The notes beneath the pieces are model-generated. The model saw only the letters and a program-made list of their open reading frames with translations. It was not told the DNA's origin and ran no database searches. A DNA stretch of 64,000 nucleotides from Klebsormidium nitens. Lineage: Eukaryota; Plantae; Klebsormidiophyceae. The translations under genes were made by a program, and so were the position numbers. How positions within the stretch are numbered: the stretch's first letter is position 1; every line of letters starts with the position of its first letter. Below are positions 42,209 to 55,313 of this stretch, one piece after another. The stretch spans positions 1-64,000 of the forward strand of contig DF236961.1 in the NCBI GenBank assembly GCA_000708835.1. The letters are read 5' to 3'.

Positions 42209-45200
42209 ATGGCCTCTTGTCAAGCACCAGTGTTGGCCAATGGCCTGTCCGCAAGCGTGTCTCCAGCTGTGCTTGGAGATGCAAGCACGCAGCTCCGAAA
42301 GGCAGCATGCCGCAGGCCTGCTTTTGGCAGTGCAAGGGTGACACAACCCAAGGCGAGAATGCATGCATCCAATTCTGAGCATGAGGCAATCAGTAAGAAA
42401 CAGGTGAGAATCAATGAGGGCTGTGTCGTTCGAAAGCTGCTCTCCTTGATCGCTGACAACTGTAGCCAATTTGGGACCTGAATGATGGGCAACCAAACAA
42501 GTCAGACATTGAACGTTTCTTTTAGTGGGAAGCTTCAGATACGAGCTGTCTGATCAAATACTCGGGGTTATTTTGATTGTGTAAGAAGTACTGGAGCTCT
42601 AAAGCTTCAAGTGCACATTGATGACCTCAGCTTCTGAAATTTTGAGATTTTCAATTGTGCACACAAGCCACGTCATTCTGGAGACGATTTGAGGAGATTG
42701 GACGTCTATCTGACAATCTGTTTGTCCCTTGCATGTAATGCTCTTCTTTGGAAATGCACACAATTAAGATAAACCTCAATGATGGTCTTGTCGAACCCAT
42801 TGCTTTTTGTTGTACAAGTTGAGCTCAACTGTGCATGTCTTGCTGATCAGAACTTCAAGGTTGATTTGCCATGGTGAACTCTGGGGTGCATCAGTATAGA
42901 TGCGGTGTCTTAAAAAAGAAGGGAGGTCACAGATGATGCAACCCAAATTTTGGAACCATCCTGGGGAGGCCTTCACACAGGGGTAGTTTTGGGTTTGAAA
43001 GGCCTTTGAATCAGTTTAGCCTCCCTTTTCTCTCTTCATCTGCACCCTGTAAAATTGTCACCTGCTCCCAACATAAGACATGGTTGGTCACTTCTCATTG
43101 CTTTGTTGATTGCAATAGAGACCATAATCCTTGTTGATGCTAGGCTCCTACATTTTAGGAGCCTAGCATCCTTGTTGGTTATCAACCTTTTGATGATGCA
43201 ATTAGGGGTGCCGCAGTGACTATGATGGCTCCATTGTCGATACAGGCGTCCAAGGCAGGACTACCACGTTTTGTGCATAGGAGTCTGGCGGCAGCCGCAC
43301 TGGCTGGCCTGCTTGCCTCCGGACAGGGGGGCATTGCGCTCGCAGGTAAGCTGGCGCCCTGAGAAGTAGATGTGCACCTGGCTGCAAGTGCAGTTTCGTC
43401 TTGAAATTCTGCTAGCAGTATGCCGTCTTTGTAAGAAGGTTGCATAAGACGAGCTTGATAACGAGGTGTCTCAGCTCCAAATGTTAGCTGAGGATATATT
43501 GGGAGTCGCTTGATTGTCTAGGATTCCCTAGTCTGCGAAACTGAATTCCCTCGCTGATGTTGCTCTTACTTTAAGCCTTTCGTGCAGAGACCTACGACTT
43601 CAACACCTCTGATGAGCAGAGCCTGACCCAGAGCGTGCGGCCAGAGGGGAGCGGGAAGGCCAACACCCGCGACAATGGCCTTCTCCGGGAAGGGCCAAAC
43701 TCTCCTGAAGGAGCCAACACAGGCAAAAACAGTACTTTCAACTTCAACACCTCGGATGAGCAGACACTTGCCCAAAACTCCCAGGGGGAGGGGAGCGGCA
43801 AGGCAAACACCCGCCAACCTGGTGCTGGAAGAGAAGGTACTCTTCTTCTCAGAGGCAACTCACTTTGCGTGGGCCAATCGGATGCTGATGGGTCAAATTG
43901 GGTCAAATTGGGTCAAATCGGGTCAAATTGGGTCAAATTGGTACAAATGGGTTGATTGTATGCGTGGTCAAATTTGGCTTGATCAGCCATTTTTGAGATA
44001 GACCCAGCTTGGCACACAGTCATTAAGCTTATCCCCGTGATATCAAAATGGCTCGGACAGCTAGCCTCTCTAAGATAGTTGACCCTACAGTTACGCTTTC
44101 CAACACATTGAGCAATCTTGTTTCAAACGTGAGGCCAATGCAGCTTCCATGGAACAACTGCAAGCCTTAAATTCGTGAGACACGAACAATTGTGCACAAA
44201 GGCAATCCATGTATTGCTTTCTGTAGGTCCGACTGAGGGCGTCAAGCGAGCGTCATCCTCTCAGGCCCCAGCCAAGGACGATTTCCCTGGTCGCGCCGGG
44301 CGTGTTCTAAGCAAGGCTAAAGAAACTGCGGAGGACTTGTTGCCGGGCCAGCCTGGAAAAGCGCTCGAGGAGAAGACCCGAGGCCTGAGGCTCGGGAAGG
44401 CGCTGTCTGATGCTGGCCTGAACCTGAACACCACCGTTGCTGGTGGGTGCTGTTTCCATGTCTGTTTCCAACTGATTCCATGTCGTTAACATGACGGATT
44501 CATGAATAAAACTCTTTGCTTTGTGGCGGATTCATGAGATAAATTGGTTTTTCAACAAGGAGAACGTGGTCATCGCGAGCCCATTTGAAAATGATAAGCT
44601 GGTGGTCATCTGGACGACTTGCTGTCTATCCGTTCTCAAGGCTCCTATTCAAAAACCTTTCGAAAAAGCTCCCTGTCAAACTTCGGAATCTATTGAGCAA
44701 GTTCAATTTTCTGTTTGCGCCCAGCTGCTTTCGACTTCAACACCAGCGACGAGCAGACCCTGACTCAGAACCGGCAGCAAGAGGGGAGCGGCAAGGCCAA
44801 CACCAGGGACTCAGAGGCTAACCGAGAAGGTACGCTTGCCCCTCTCTTTCTATTTTTCCAGAACGTGTAGCAGTCGGAGCGAGACTGATACTTTCAGGCC
44901 GATCGTGTTCTGCCGAGCTGACGTACTCGTCCGGGAAGGACTGCATGACGAACGAGAGGGAATTTCCACGTTTGTCGAACACGCGAGGACCAATATCCGC
45001 TCGAAGGATGTCGGATGTCCGGACAAGCAGCTAAGAAGAAGTTATCGCCACCTACCCCTTCTTCAGCCGTACCTGCCACTTGATATGAAATCGACCTTTG
45101 TGGATCGAGAGAAGGATAAGTTACCGCACTTTACGAAGATTTGGAACCTATCCCATCGCCCCTCACTATCTGCCGCAGGCCCCACGTCCGGCGTCAAGCG

Positions 45201-46162
45201 CGCATCGTCCTCCCAGGCGCCCGAGGAGGATTTCCCCGGCCGTGCCGGGCGCGCCCTGGCCCGGGCGAAGGACAATGTGGAAAACCTGGTGCCGGGGCAA
45301 CCGGGGAAGGCGCTCGAGAACGCCGCCCGGGGAGTGCGCCTGGGGAAGGCGCAGTCGGATGCTGGAGTCAACCCAGTGACCACCATCTCAGGTGCGGGCT
45401 TTGCTCCTTTGTTTGTGCACGTTGTAATGAAAGCATTTGTTGAATGCAGAGAAGAAAGACAACGCGGTCTACGCAACTCGTACTCGTTCGTTGGTTTGTT
45501 GAATGCAGAGAAGGAAGACAATGCGCTCTATGCAACTCGTACTCGTTCGTTGGATTCTGTGCCGCTTATAACGCGTTACAACGGCTTTGCTCACAAGTGA
45601 AGAGCTAATGTGAGCTGAGCACAAGCAGGGGGCTGACAAAGGACCTGCCCGCAGATCTTAGGTCTGAAACAGCCTTTCTTGCCATTGATGCTCTCGTGCA
45701 AAGGCTCAAATATCATACACACTATAAAGCTCGATTGCCTTGTCTAATACATTAGGTCTCTCGTTCGCAAATGGAGGTCACAAATCCATATCAACGAAAG
45801 ACGTTTGCGATTGAAGGACTCCATGCCAAGCGTCACAGCGACCGCGAAGTAATTCAACTGTATTTTCAACTTTTCTGTCCCCGTCGTTTGCAGAAGCCCT
45901 GGTTGATCCCCGTGAGGGTCTGGCTGTCGCCCGCGACAGCGTGCAGAGCACCCGGACGGAGGCTCGGCGGGTGAGCAAGGAGGGGCGCGAGGCCATCATG
46001 CAAGAGAATGCGCAAAAGCAGAGTGGGGAAGACAGTGGGCCGGCCAAGACCCTGAAAGAATTGGTGGCACAAAAGCAAAAGCTGGTGGGCAAAGTGGACC
46101 CTCTGCAGGACGGCATCGACTCGGCTGCACCGGGGCAAGCCCGGGGCAAGTCGTTCTACTAA
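42209..46162 (+). CDS. Orphan ~448-aa hydrophilic repeat protein with an apparent bipartite (stroma + thylakoid lumen) presequence
   Basis: Exons 42209-42403, 43246-43345, 43588-43836, 44227-44442, 44725-44829, 45179-45391, 45894-46162 splice in phase at GT-AG sites into one ORF. Three copies of repeat A (FNTSDEQ-L-Q…EGSGKANTR) and two of repeat B (GPT-GVKRASSSQAP…DFPGRAG…PGQPGKALE…G-RLGKA-SDAG). Confidence 0.8.
43891..43940. repeat. Intronic tandem repeat, 10-bp unit ggtcaaattg x5
   Basis: Five consecutive copies, one with a single substitution. Confidence 0.95.
45436..45553. repeat. Intronic 59-bp tandem duplication
   Basis: tttgttgaatgcagagaag…gcaactcgtactcgttcgttgg starts at 45436 and 45495, with few substitutions. 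Confidence 0.9.
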
Positions 46163-47528
46163 ATGAAAGAACGAGCGCGTGTTGTTTAGCGGCAGTGCTT
46201 GATGTGAGTATCCATGTCAATTAGTGAGGAAAAGTGCTGTTGTCAACGAACGGAAGGTATGCAAGTCGGTATACGAGTTGGTGATCAGTTGCTCGAGTCT
46301 AACCTGTGTTGGAAGTACTTTGGTCACTGGGATACGTACTTGTATACTGTCTCTGTCCGAACAGTGTACGCAGACTTTTTGGAAGCGGAGAGGTTAACTT
46401 TTGAACCTTTTTGCCCGCATTGAGTGCGGCTTCCCGACCAATTCCGATACTGCGTGCATGCCATACGGGTCTACTTATTGCATCACGATATTTGCCCCAA
46501 GCAACGGTTTTACAACACGCCTGCATATGATGATGCAATGTGCGCTCAACTATTACAAAAAAACGTGAACGCGACACGATTGCGAAATGCTGCAGTGGCA
46601 CACGTTCTCACCCGGCGTGCATCAAGTGTCTACGACGGTTACGATTGGGCGTTGCCTTCTTCCAACCCTTGATATAGGACCTCGGAAGTTGGTTCAATAT
46701 TGAACCAATTTGTGTCATGTGAGTCGATCGTCAGCGCAAGGACGTACAGCTATTTGATTCGCAAATACTTGTGACGGCCAGCCGGTTATGAAGGCTTTTT
46801 CAGTCTGTGCTAAGTACGTTCAGGCTATAAGGAATTAAGTTTAACTTCAATTCAAACTTAACTTCAAATCAAACTTGCCGCTAAAAGCAGCATAGTAGTG
46901 ATCGTCGGCCGCCATGGCGCACAAACAGTATAAGCTAGCTGCCAAAGTGTCTCGGCCGGGATGAGTCAATGATGGATTCAATCCGTTGCCGCCCAGTCAA
47001 GTTTGAAGACTCTACTTGACTCAATGAAGCTAGAGGGCATTTAGCGACCAGTGAGCACTAGGAACATGATGGTGTTTGCTCGCCGAGCTAGTACCACGTG
47101 GGATTCGGCGATGTCGCGTTATGTCAGTAATGACATTACTGCAGATGCATCCGACAAGGCCCTCTTTAAGCATGTAGCAGTGGTCTCGGACAGTGGCCAA
47201 TTGCCATGAAGGCCACCGCTGAATGCTTTGCATGGACGACAGCAAAATCCTTACAGATCAGTAGGGCAATACCCTCGTATCTTGGAGGGCATGCAGAACT
47301 TACAAAAACAGACAGATGTGTTCCTGAATCATGGCCGTGATCGACCAATATCGAGTTGTTGAGTCCAATGCAATGTTCTTTCTGAACTGACCTTCAGGCT
47401 TGTAATGGCTGTAGAGCGAATCCACCTCAAGAGCTTCTTGCCACTAGAATGCCCGTTGCACCTAGAGTTATCTTCAACCCGTCTCCTAATGAACAAATGG
47501 TACACCTCGACTGTGAGCGCGTTTGGAC

Positions 47529-50500
47529 CTAAACGGTCGCTAGATCTTTCGCTGGGCTGCTCGCCAAGCTTTGCTGCAGCTGTTCCCGCAGGGCTGCCAG
47601 GTCTGCACCCGACTCTAGGATCTTGGCAGCGGCTTGACGCCCGGACAAGGTGGCGCCCTCCATGCTGTCAATGTAGTCCTGAAAAACGGGGAGAACGCAT
47701 CCATGAGTCAAAGCTTATGAGTAATCAAGGCTAACGTAAGCCACTGATAACGATTGATGCAAAAAAGAGGCTTCCGCGTGAAGGTCGTGCGAAATTTGCC
47801 CAGCTGCCACGGCTCGTCTTGCTTGAGACGACAAACTTACAAAAAGAGATTAAGGTCCATTTTTCAAATTGTGATGGGCTGAAGCAGCTAAAACCGAGGG
47901 CCGCCAACAGAAATGCTAAGCATGCCCTCAGCAAGTAATACCCATGCTTCGAGAGTGAAGGCAGCAATCGACGTACCTGTTTGGTGTAGCTGCCCGCTAG
48001 GAAAAAGTTGTCGATGGGCGTGCGCTGGTCGGGGCGGAAGACGTCCATCCCGGGGGCCTCCCGGTACAGCGACTGCCCAATCTTCACCACCGAGTGCCAC
48101 GTCATCGACAGGTTCCGAGCGGACGGGAACAGGTTGAACACCTGCACAAGCACGCACGCCGCTCAAAATGTGGCCACTCTTGGCGTGGCGAATTCCGGCG
48201 CAACTATAGCGAAGGCCCCCCTAGTAAGCTGCTTCAAGGCAAATCTGACTTTTGCGACCATTGCAGTCATCGACCAGAAAAATGGTGACAGAATGCATTT
48301 CAAGTGGGATGGTCACTGCATACATCAAGCAAGAGTCCTCGTGCCCCATGAAGATGCGAAAATCAGCTATGATTCGATTGTAAGGGGTCCGACTCCTCCA
48401 TACACCACGCGAGACTGACGCGGCCGGGCCTCTCACCTGCTCGTTCACCTTCGCAACAATCTCCTCATTGGGCAGAGCCATGTAAGGGTCCGCGGGAGTC
48501 AACACGCACCTGGACAGCAACAATCAACAGTTGACAACACCGCTCCTCACAATTGCCAGACATTGAACCCCCTCGCTTGACCGGTTCCTAGTCTGCAGCG
48601 AATTCCAAATCGGTCTGCTGCGTGAATTGGGCAATGAAACCCGGACAACCAATCCGTCGAGCTTCGATCCGAAAACACCTCAAACTTCTAGCTTCGCTCT
48701 GCTTAGCAGGAACCGCAGCGCCCTTAAAATACGATATGCACAAAGATGCAGCAAGCAGCAGAGGCAGAAGTGAACCGCTCACTGGAGCAGGGATCCCTCC
48801 CCGGGCTTGTAGTAGTCCTGGGGGCTGGTCAGAGCCAGGTCCGCAAAGCACGAAAAGTCGGCGTCCGCACTGTACAGTAAGTTGTCCAACCCCTCGGCAC
48901 GCGCCAGCTGGCTGCACCGCCCACAACGAGAACAAGGTCAGGCCAGGGCACACAGATTTCCAGAGAAAGGGTTTTCAGAGGAAGAGTTCTCAAATCCAGA
49001 ATCAGATTTTCAAATGCTGGCGTGCACCTCGGTTCACACTACCTTGCTCTACGCCAAACGCAGTCAGTACGCACGTAATCCTGTCTTGACACAACCGTCT
49101 TGTCATCTGCCAAGCCAGGCAGATGTGTCAAAACAAATGGTCCAAAGTGCGGCGTCGCCCTCATAAAAAGAAACCCCAAGACGTCGCCCTCAAAATCTAG
49201 GGCCCTCCTTTGCGGTTGGCAGAGAGCATTAGATGCAGACCCCATCAGACAATCCACAGGGTGGAAGTTGGGGGCTGCCCCCATCAATCGATGGTTCCGC
49301 CTTTTGTTGCAGGGCCCATGGGCGTGCCTCCTGACTGAACGCGTCTTTCAAAATAGAGATTCAGTCATGCACTCAAAGTCGTCAAACCACAACGAGCAGA
49401 GTCTGAGATTGTGCTGCTCCACGTGGCGCCCTCTCACTTGATCTTGGCCTGGTCCTGCAGTTCCGTGACCCAGCCGTTGTACCGCAGCTGCACCGTAATG
49501 ACGGGCACTCCCTCCAAATGGTAGATGTTGTCGAACAGCGGCCACCGCCGCCACGCGGTCGGCAGCAGCCGCTTGATCCCGGGCACGTCGCACGCGGCAA
49601 CGTACGCGTCCGCTTTCACGATCTCCGACTGGTTAGCCTGGGGGGAGAAAAGGTTAAATATAAATGGTCAACCTAACATGATGCAGGAGCCCTGCAAGGA
49701 CCGATCATTGTTGTCCACTCCACCTGCCGTTGTACACAAGAGATCCTCGACATTGTCGTCAGCACATATGCAAAGTTTATCTTGAAAAGAAAAATCCTTC
49801 AAGAAGTGAGCACGACTTGAACTCGTTGCATTCAGCCCTTGGCAATGCCTTTGGCAGTCTCCTTGACTTAGCGTACTCCAGTTGAAAAGGAATAAACCGA
49901 CAAACTGATGACCCCGAAGATATAGGGCAGGTCTTAGCTCCGTTTGTCTCCCCACCTTGGTCATGTGCAGGCCCGTTACTCGCACACTGCCATCTGCCGC
50001 CTCTTCGTATTGCACCTCCCGGCAGCCCCACCGCACATGGAAGCGACCGCCCTTGTCCTCAATGTACTTGATTAGGGGGTCGTGAAGGCCAGTCTGAGGG
50101 GAACCTGGACCAAAAATCCGCTCAAGCATGAGTCACGCAGGCATTCATTGGGTCGTGAAAGACAAGCACGAAGGTTTCAGCCGATTGTCTAGGAAAGTCG
50201 CACAAACAGAGGCATGGGGATTGTGCTGGCAACTCGTATACGTTTATGTCTTCGGCTTTGGTATATTCGTCAACCAAGATTGTCAGGCTTTGGTACATTC
50301 GTCAACCAAGATTGTCACAATTTCTTTGAAGTCCTCTAGAGTCTTCGATTGGATTATCCAATCACAGGCGACGAAGGTCTCAACTACAGAAGCCCGTACA
50401 TCCAACATCCATCACTCGTTACACGTGTAAGGCAGCCCGTCAAGTGACAAACAACCTCAGGAGTGAAAACTCGGACTATGAAAAACCGAAGCAGCGAGAT

Positions 50501-53333
50501 GAGTATGATGAAGGGACTTCACCTGCCAGCATCCGCAGCACGGAGGCCTCGGTCTTGGTGGCGAAGAATTGGAAAATTGTGAGCATGCAGCGCGCGCTGA
50601 TGTTGTCGCAGTCGATGAAGCCCAGCGCATAAGCGATGGGGTCCCACATGCGCGTAATGCTGGCGCGGGAGCCACCATGGGAGATGAACCAATCGGAGAA
50701 GGACACCTGGACGAAAGGGGGCGAAAGCCGGACTCAGACGAGCAGCACCAGATGCAATATTGAAGGGCAGCTGAGGAAATTCAGACCTGATTGTGTGGCT
50801 GCATCAAAGCGACTTACGCTACCTTTGAGGCACAGCCACACAACTTTCCAACGAAGTCGGAAATGCGTAAGAGGCAGAGCGGTCCATGTGGACACTCGAT
50901 GCCGGTATTCTACTCGGCCACATTGACCCGTCCATACAAGAAACCAACAGACGCCTAACTCCCTTCTAACAGTACGAGCAATCTCTCACTGACAGTTAGT
51001 GTAAGAAAACACCAGAGCATGCAAACGGATGGACATCCTTATGGCCTCACCTTGTCGAGGTTCCGAATGTCCCGCATGGCGCCTTCCGGGTCGACGAGCG
51101 CTCGCACCACGGGACTGGTGGCCAACGCAATGGCGTTTTGCACCTTGTCCATTGTCTGCAGCAAAGGAGCTTTCAATTAGTTACGAACCGTGATACATTC
51201 TCTGCACTGTTGTTGACAACCCGTAATACGTTCTCTGCATTGCAAGAATCGCGAGTGGATGCGAGCCAGCTGCCCACATTGCACTTGCAATAAATGCAAG
51301 CTGTGCTTGGTACTTCCAGACGGCTTGCTTAAACCAGCAGGAAGACAAAGAGAGCGGAAGTAGCGTCAACTTGATGAGCGCAAGCACGACAGGTTCAGAG
51401 CCCAAGAAGGGCCCGGCAACTTGGTTCGAACTGGAGGAGCGAGCGAAGATTTTTTTGGATTAGTGAGAGTGCGGAAGAAACTTACGGACAGCTGATTGGT
51501 GGTAAAGAAAGCCTTCAATCCGTGGAATGGGGCCCCGGTGATGAACCGAAAATCGAGCTCTGCACATAGGACAGAAGTATGTCAGAAGCTGACGTACCGC
51601 AAGAGCCAAGCCTGGAAAGAATGTGACCATCACATTCTGCCAACCTAACCGGCCCTGCTTCCAAGTCATAATTTGTGCTAAGCAAGGAAGCCGCCCTCTT
51701 CATTCAAAGAAGGCCGTTTGCAGAGGGCTTCTTCCAGAAAAGCTATCCAACAACTAGCGGAGGCCCAGCACGTGCACAAACATGCAACCCTCAACTTGGG
51801 CAAAATCTGAGAATGTACCGAGAATCTACAGAGTATCAAAGTCAGCTTTGCAAAAGAAAGACAACGTTGCTGACCCCATGACAACCCCCATCTCTGAGCG
51901 ACATTCTTCTCCTCCATAAAGAGAAAGCCCCGAAAGTTAGAATTTGTTTGGGCCAGTTGAGACAGACACCAATGAAGACACTGCATTGCAGGATGCAGTG
52001 CCGCTTGGCTTTCAAAAGTAAGCTGCCGCGCTCACCGCCTAGATTTCCCCCCTTGTTGATAAACTGATGCGTGTGCTCTTTCAACAGCAAGTTGTCCGTA
52101 GCCCCTACCTGCCATGCAATCGATGTTAGCACACATTCAGGGATGTGCGAAGGTAGTCAACGGGCAAGGGCAGTGTAGCTTGCACCTGCCGCACATGAAG
52201 CAATGGAGGGCAAGAGGAAATACACACTATCATCAACAAGTGATGGGTGGCAAAGAAAGACCTTAAGAGCGGAGAAGAAAGGGGTCCTTGCAACGTCCAA
52301 AAATGCAAAGCCAGGACGCAGGCTTACCTTCCTCATCAAGCGGAACAGATTGTTGTAGCAGCCAAAGAACACGTGCAGGCCCATCTCGATGTGGTTCCCA
52401 TCCTTGTCCTTAAAACTCGCCACTTTCCCACCAATGAAGGGTCTGCTCTCATACAAGTCAACCTGGGGTACAAACGGACATTAGCCTCATCCTCTAGACG
52501 GTCTCAACGTGAATGCTCACGCTAACAGATTGATGAAGCTGCACCATAAAATAAACATCGGCGGCGCCAACCTTGGCATCAGGAGATGCAGCTTGCTCCT
52601 CATGTGATTGGTTCAACCCGGAACCCCACGTTTTGCTTAGCCAGCTCGCTACCGCACGCAGCCTTGGCCAGCCACCAATGGTCGCAATGCTGACATCAAC
52701 AGCAACGGCAAACATATGCCGTCCGTGGCAGGTATTGCCGTCACGATGAGATTGAAGAACTAGGCATGGCAGGCGCTCACCTCGTGCCCCTGGTCTAGGA
52801 GCTCCACTGCGGTGGACATGCCTGCCAAGCCTGCCCCCACGATGGCCACCTTTAGCTTGGGCCCTGTATACTTTGGCGGCTCCGGAGGAAACAGACCTTT
52901 CGGGGCTGCACAACAACGAGGGGAAGCCATGAAACTTAGACGCACAACTTGCAAGCGAACCCTAAATGATAGCGGCATGAAGGAATCTTCGCTGATGAAC
53001 AACCTTGAAGAAAGTGCTCAAGGTGGCGGTGGAAGAGTACAGGTGTGGCATCTAAAAAGCGAGATGAAGAGACAGGGTCTAGCACCGCTACTCACCTGCT
53101 CTGCTCATGTCCGAAACCATTGTCTGAAGGTCTGCCCGTGCCCCTGCTTTCAGATGCCTTCTCGGCGCCTTTATCCGCCGCTGGCATGCTAGTGCATTTC
53201 CCACAAAACTACTGCACGAACTCCCGCTGGCCACTGGGGTCTGCAAGTGCCTACTTCTGCTGGCAACCTGCCCCCCCATCTGTGAGAGGGGGGCGCTACA
53301 CAGCGCCTGCTGCGCGGCGCTTGTAGCCATCAT
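47529..53333 (-). CDS. ZDS: Zeta-carotene desaturase, plastid
   Basis: Exons 53333-53096, 52905-52781, 52462-52328, 52108-52036, 51559-51486, 51155-51051, 50706-50523, 50104-49956, 49637-49438, 48911-48783, 48509-48437, 48141-47977, 47678-47529. Motifs: PKGLFPPEP…[95 protein letters not shown]. Confidence 0.96.
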
Positions 53334-54276
53334 CGTTCGAGCTGCTTTCAGCAGGTATTTTCACAGAGACGGCTTGACTTCCACGGCAGGCTAGCGCTTG
53401 ATGAATGCAAGTAGAAAGCACACAAGACGTAAATGCTCGCGAAGTCAGCGGCTTCCTAGAATGCCGTCTTCTAAATCTGCATAGGGGGGGTTGCTGCTCT
53501 TAGGTAGCTCTCAAACAGGCGCCTCAGATGTATCGTCCTCCTCAAAAGCCCGGTGCAGGTGTCGACAATATGATGCACCACAAGCTGAGCGCCACGAGCA
53601 GAACTTTGGAAGACGTTCTCAGTACTGGACTCTGGAGAAGGTGAGACTCAGAGGCTGTACAGAGGGTGACGCGAACTCTCCATCGCCGTAGGATTATGAG
53701 GCGGACCTGAGCTCAAGCAGAGCTTATCGAACGGCTCAGGATTACTTTAGTTTGGACGGCTAGGCAGTGTGCCAGATCATATTGTGGCACACGATTGGAT
53801 GTGCTCAGTGCCCGGGGGAAAGCGTCCCGAGCACGACTGGGGCTCAAAGTCAGGCCCGGTACAGTCGCCCGCCTAAGCAGAATGAGAGGAAGGACCGCTG
53901 CCATGGTCGAAACTTAAAGTGGGCGTGGGACCCGCTGGTCCCATTTTGATCGGACGCTGAGGATTCCATCGGCTCGATCGATCGAACGGTAGCGATTGCT
54001 AGTGACATCAGATTTTCGTCAGCGTACCGCGGTGCATTGGTACGGTACTTTTAGGCTTAGAGGTACCGCCGAAGTTGCATGACGTCAAGGCATACTTGCC
54101 CGGTAGACTCGTGTTAGACATAGAATCCACCGTTCGATCAGCCCGAATTAACTATGGTCAATTCCAGATCGCCAGATGGCCTGTCTCGGGTCATATCAGG
54201 TGCCCGGTACGGCCCCAAAAGCATGCCTTAATAACCAGATGTGGCAAAAAAGAAGAGGCAAAGTAGAAATTCTTAT

Positions 54277-54348
54277 GATTTAAACCCAGGACCTCGGACG
54301 TTTAGGCCAGGTTTAGGCGAGCGCGCTAGCCTCCTGAGCTACGGCGAC
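54277..54348 (-). pseudogene. tRNA-derived remnant (SINE head or tRNA pseudogene)
   Basis: Minus strand reads gtcgccg-TAGCTCAGGAGGCTAGCGCGC…GAGGTCCTGGGTTTAAATC. This gives an A box/D arm and a degenerate B box/T arm. The anticodon region is replaced by a duplicated gcctaaac, and there is no 3' acceptor-stem complement. Confidence 0.5.
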
Positions 54349-55313
54349 TCGGCCGAGTCCCCATTTTGTCTGGAAAATACCGCCTTTATACCCCGACGCC
54401 CACTTTAAAGCGTATTGTCAGTGGCAATGTTCACATGGTCTCTGGCAAGCATGGCAGCAATCACGATCGTGCATGATTGACTTCGTGCAGCGTCGAGACG
54501 TGATCGGCCTTGACGAACGGCCATTATATCATGTACTACGTTTTCAACCTGGCAGACAGGAAGCTGGCTTCAAAGTGAAGGTACGGGTTCAACAAGGTTT
54601 AGTATCAAAGCCTCATCCAATGTGCGGCTCCGTAAGAATTATTCATGTTCAAAGAACTCAGTTTGATAACAATTCTGGTCCAAAAAAGCTTGCCAACTTT
54701 GAAATGTGGTCTCCACAACGGTCTTAGTGACATATCAAATGTTACAACAGCTATGATGCACTTAAATGATGAAGCACGTGCGCTGTACAGATTACGTCTA
54801 TAGACGAATCTGTCCATAGTATCCATTTTCCCCTATTTTCGTAATATCTATGGACTCAAGACACCTATCTAATTTTTCGAAAAGTAGCATACAGCCATAT
54901 TTGCAACAATTCATCGACAAATTTGCCAAAAATTCGAAACAGATGAGTTCGGGATTGGACTACACGTCTTCAATAGAATGAGGTGGCAAGCTGAAGAAAA
55001 CGAATCCATGCAAGTAAACGCAATACTTCCAATTCCCCTCTTTGTCAGCAACTACAATCTAGCAAAAACGAAGCCTCCTTTCGTCTACGCTTTTCAGACC
55101 TATGAGCCTAACTTGATTATGCAACTTTCAAGGTAATTCCCTGCGCATTCAGCTACGTTTTCGACTTTGCACAAGTTCACGCAAGCTTCTGTATGTACAT
55201 TACTTTCCTACCCTCAACACTTTCAAAGCCCGGCTGAAACGTCCCTCAATCAAATCAAGTCATTTGATCAAAGATCACAGCGCTCTTAGAGAGAAGTCTC
55301 CAGCAAAGTCTGA

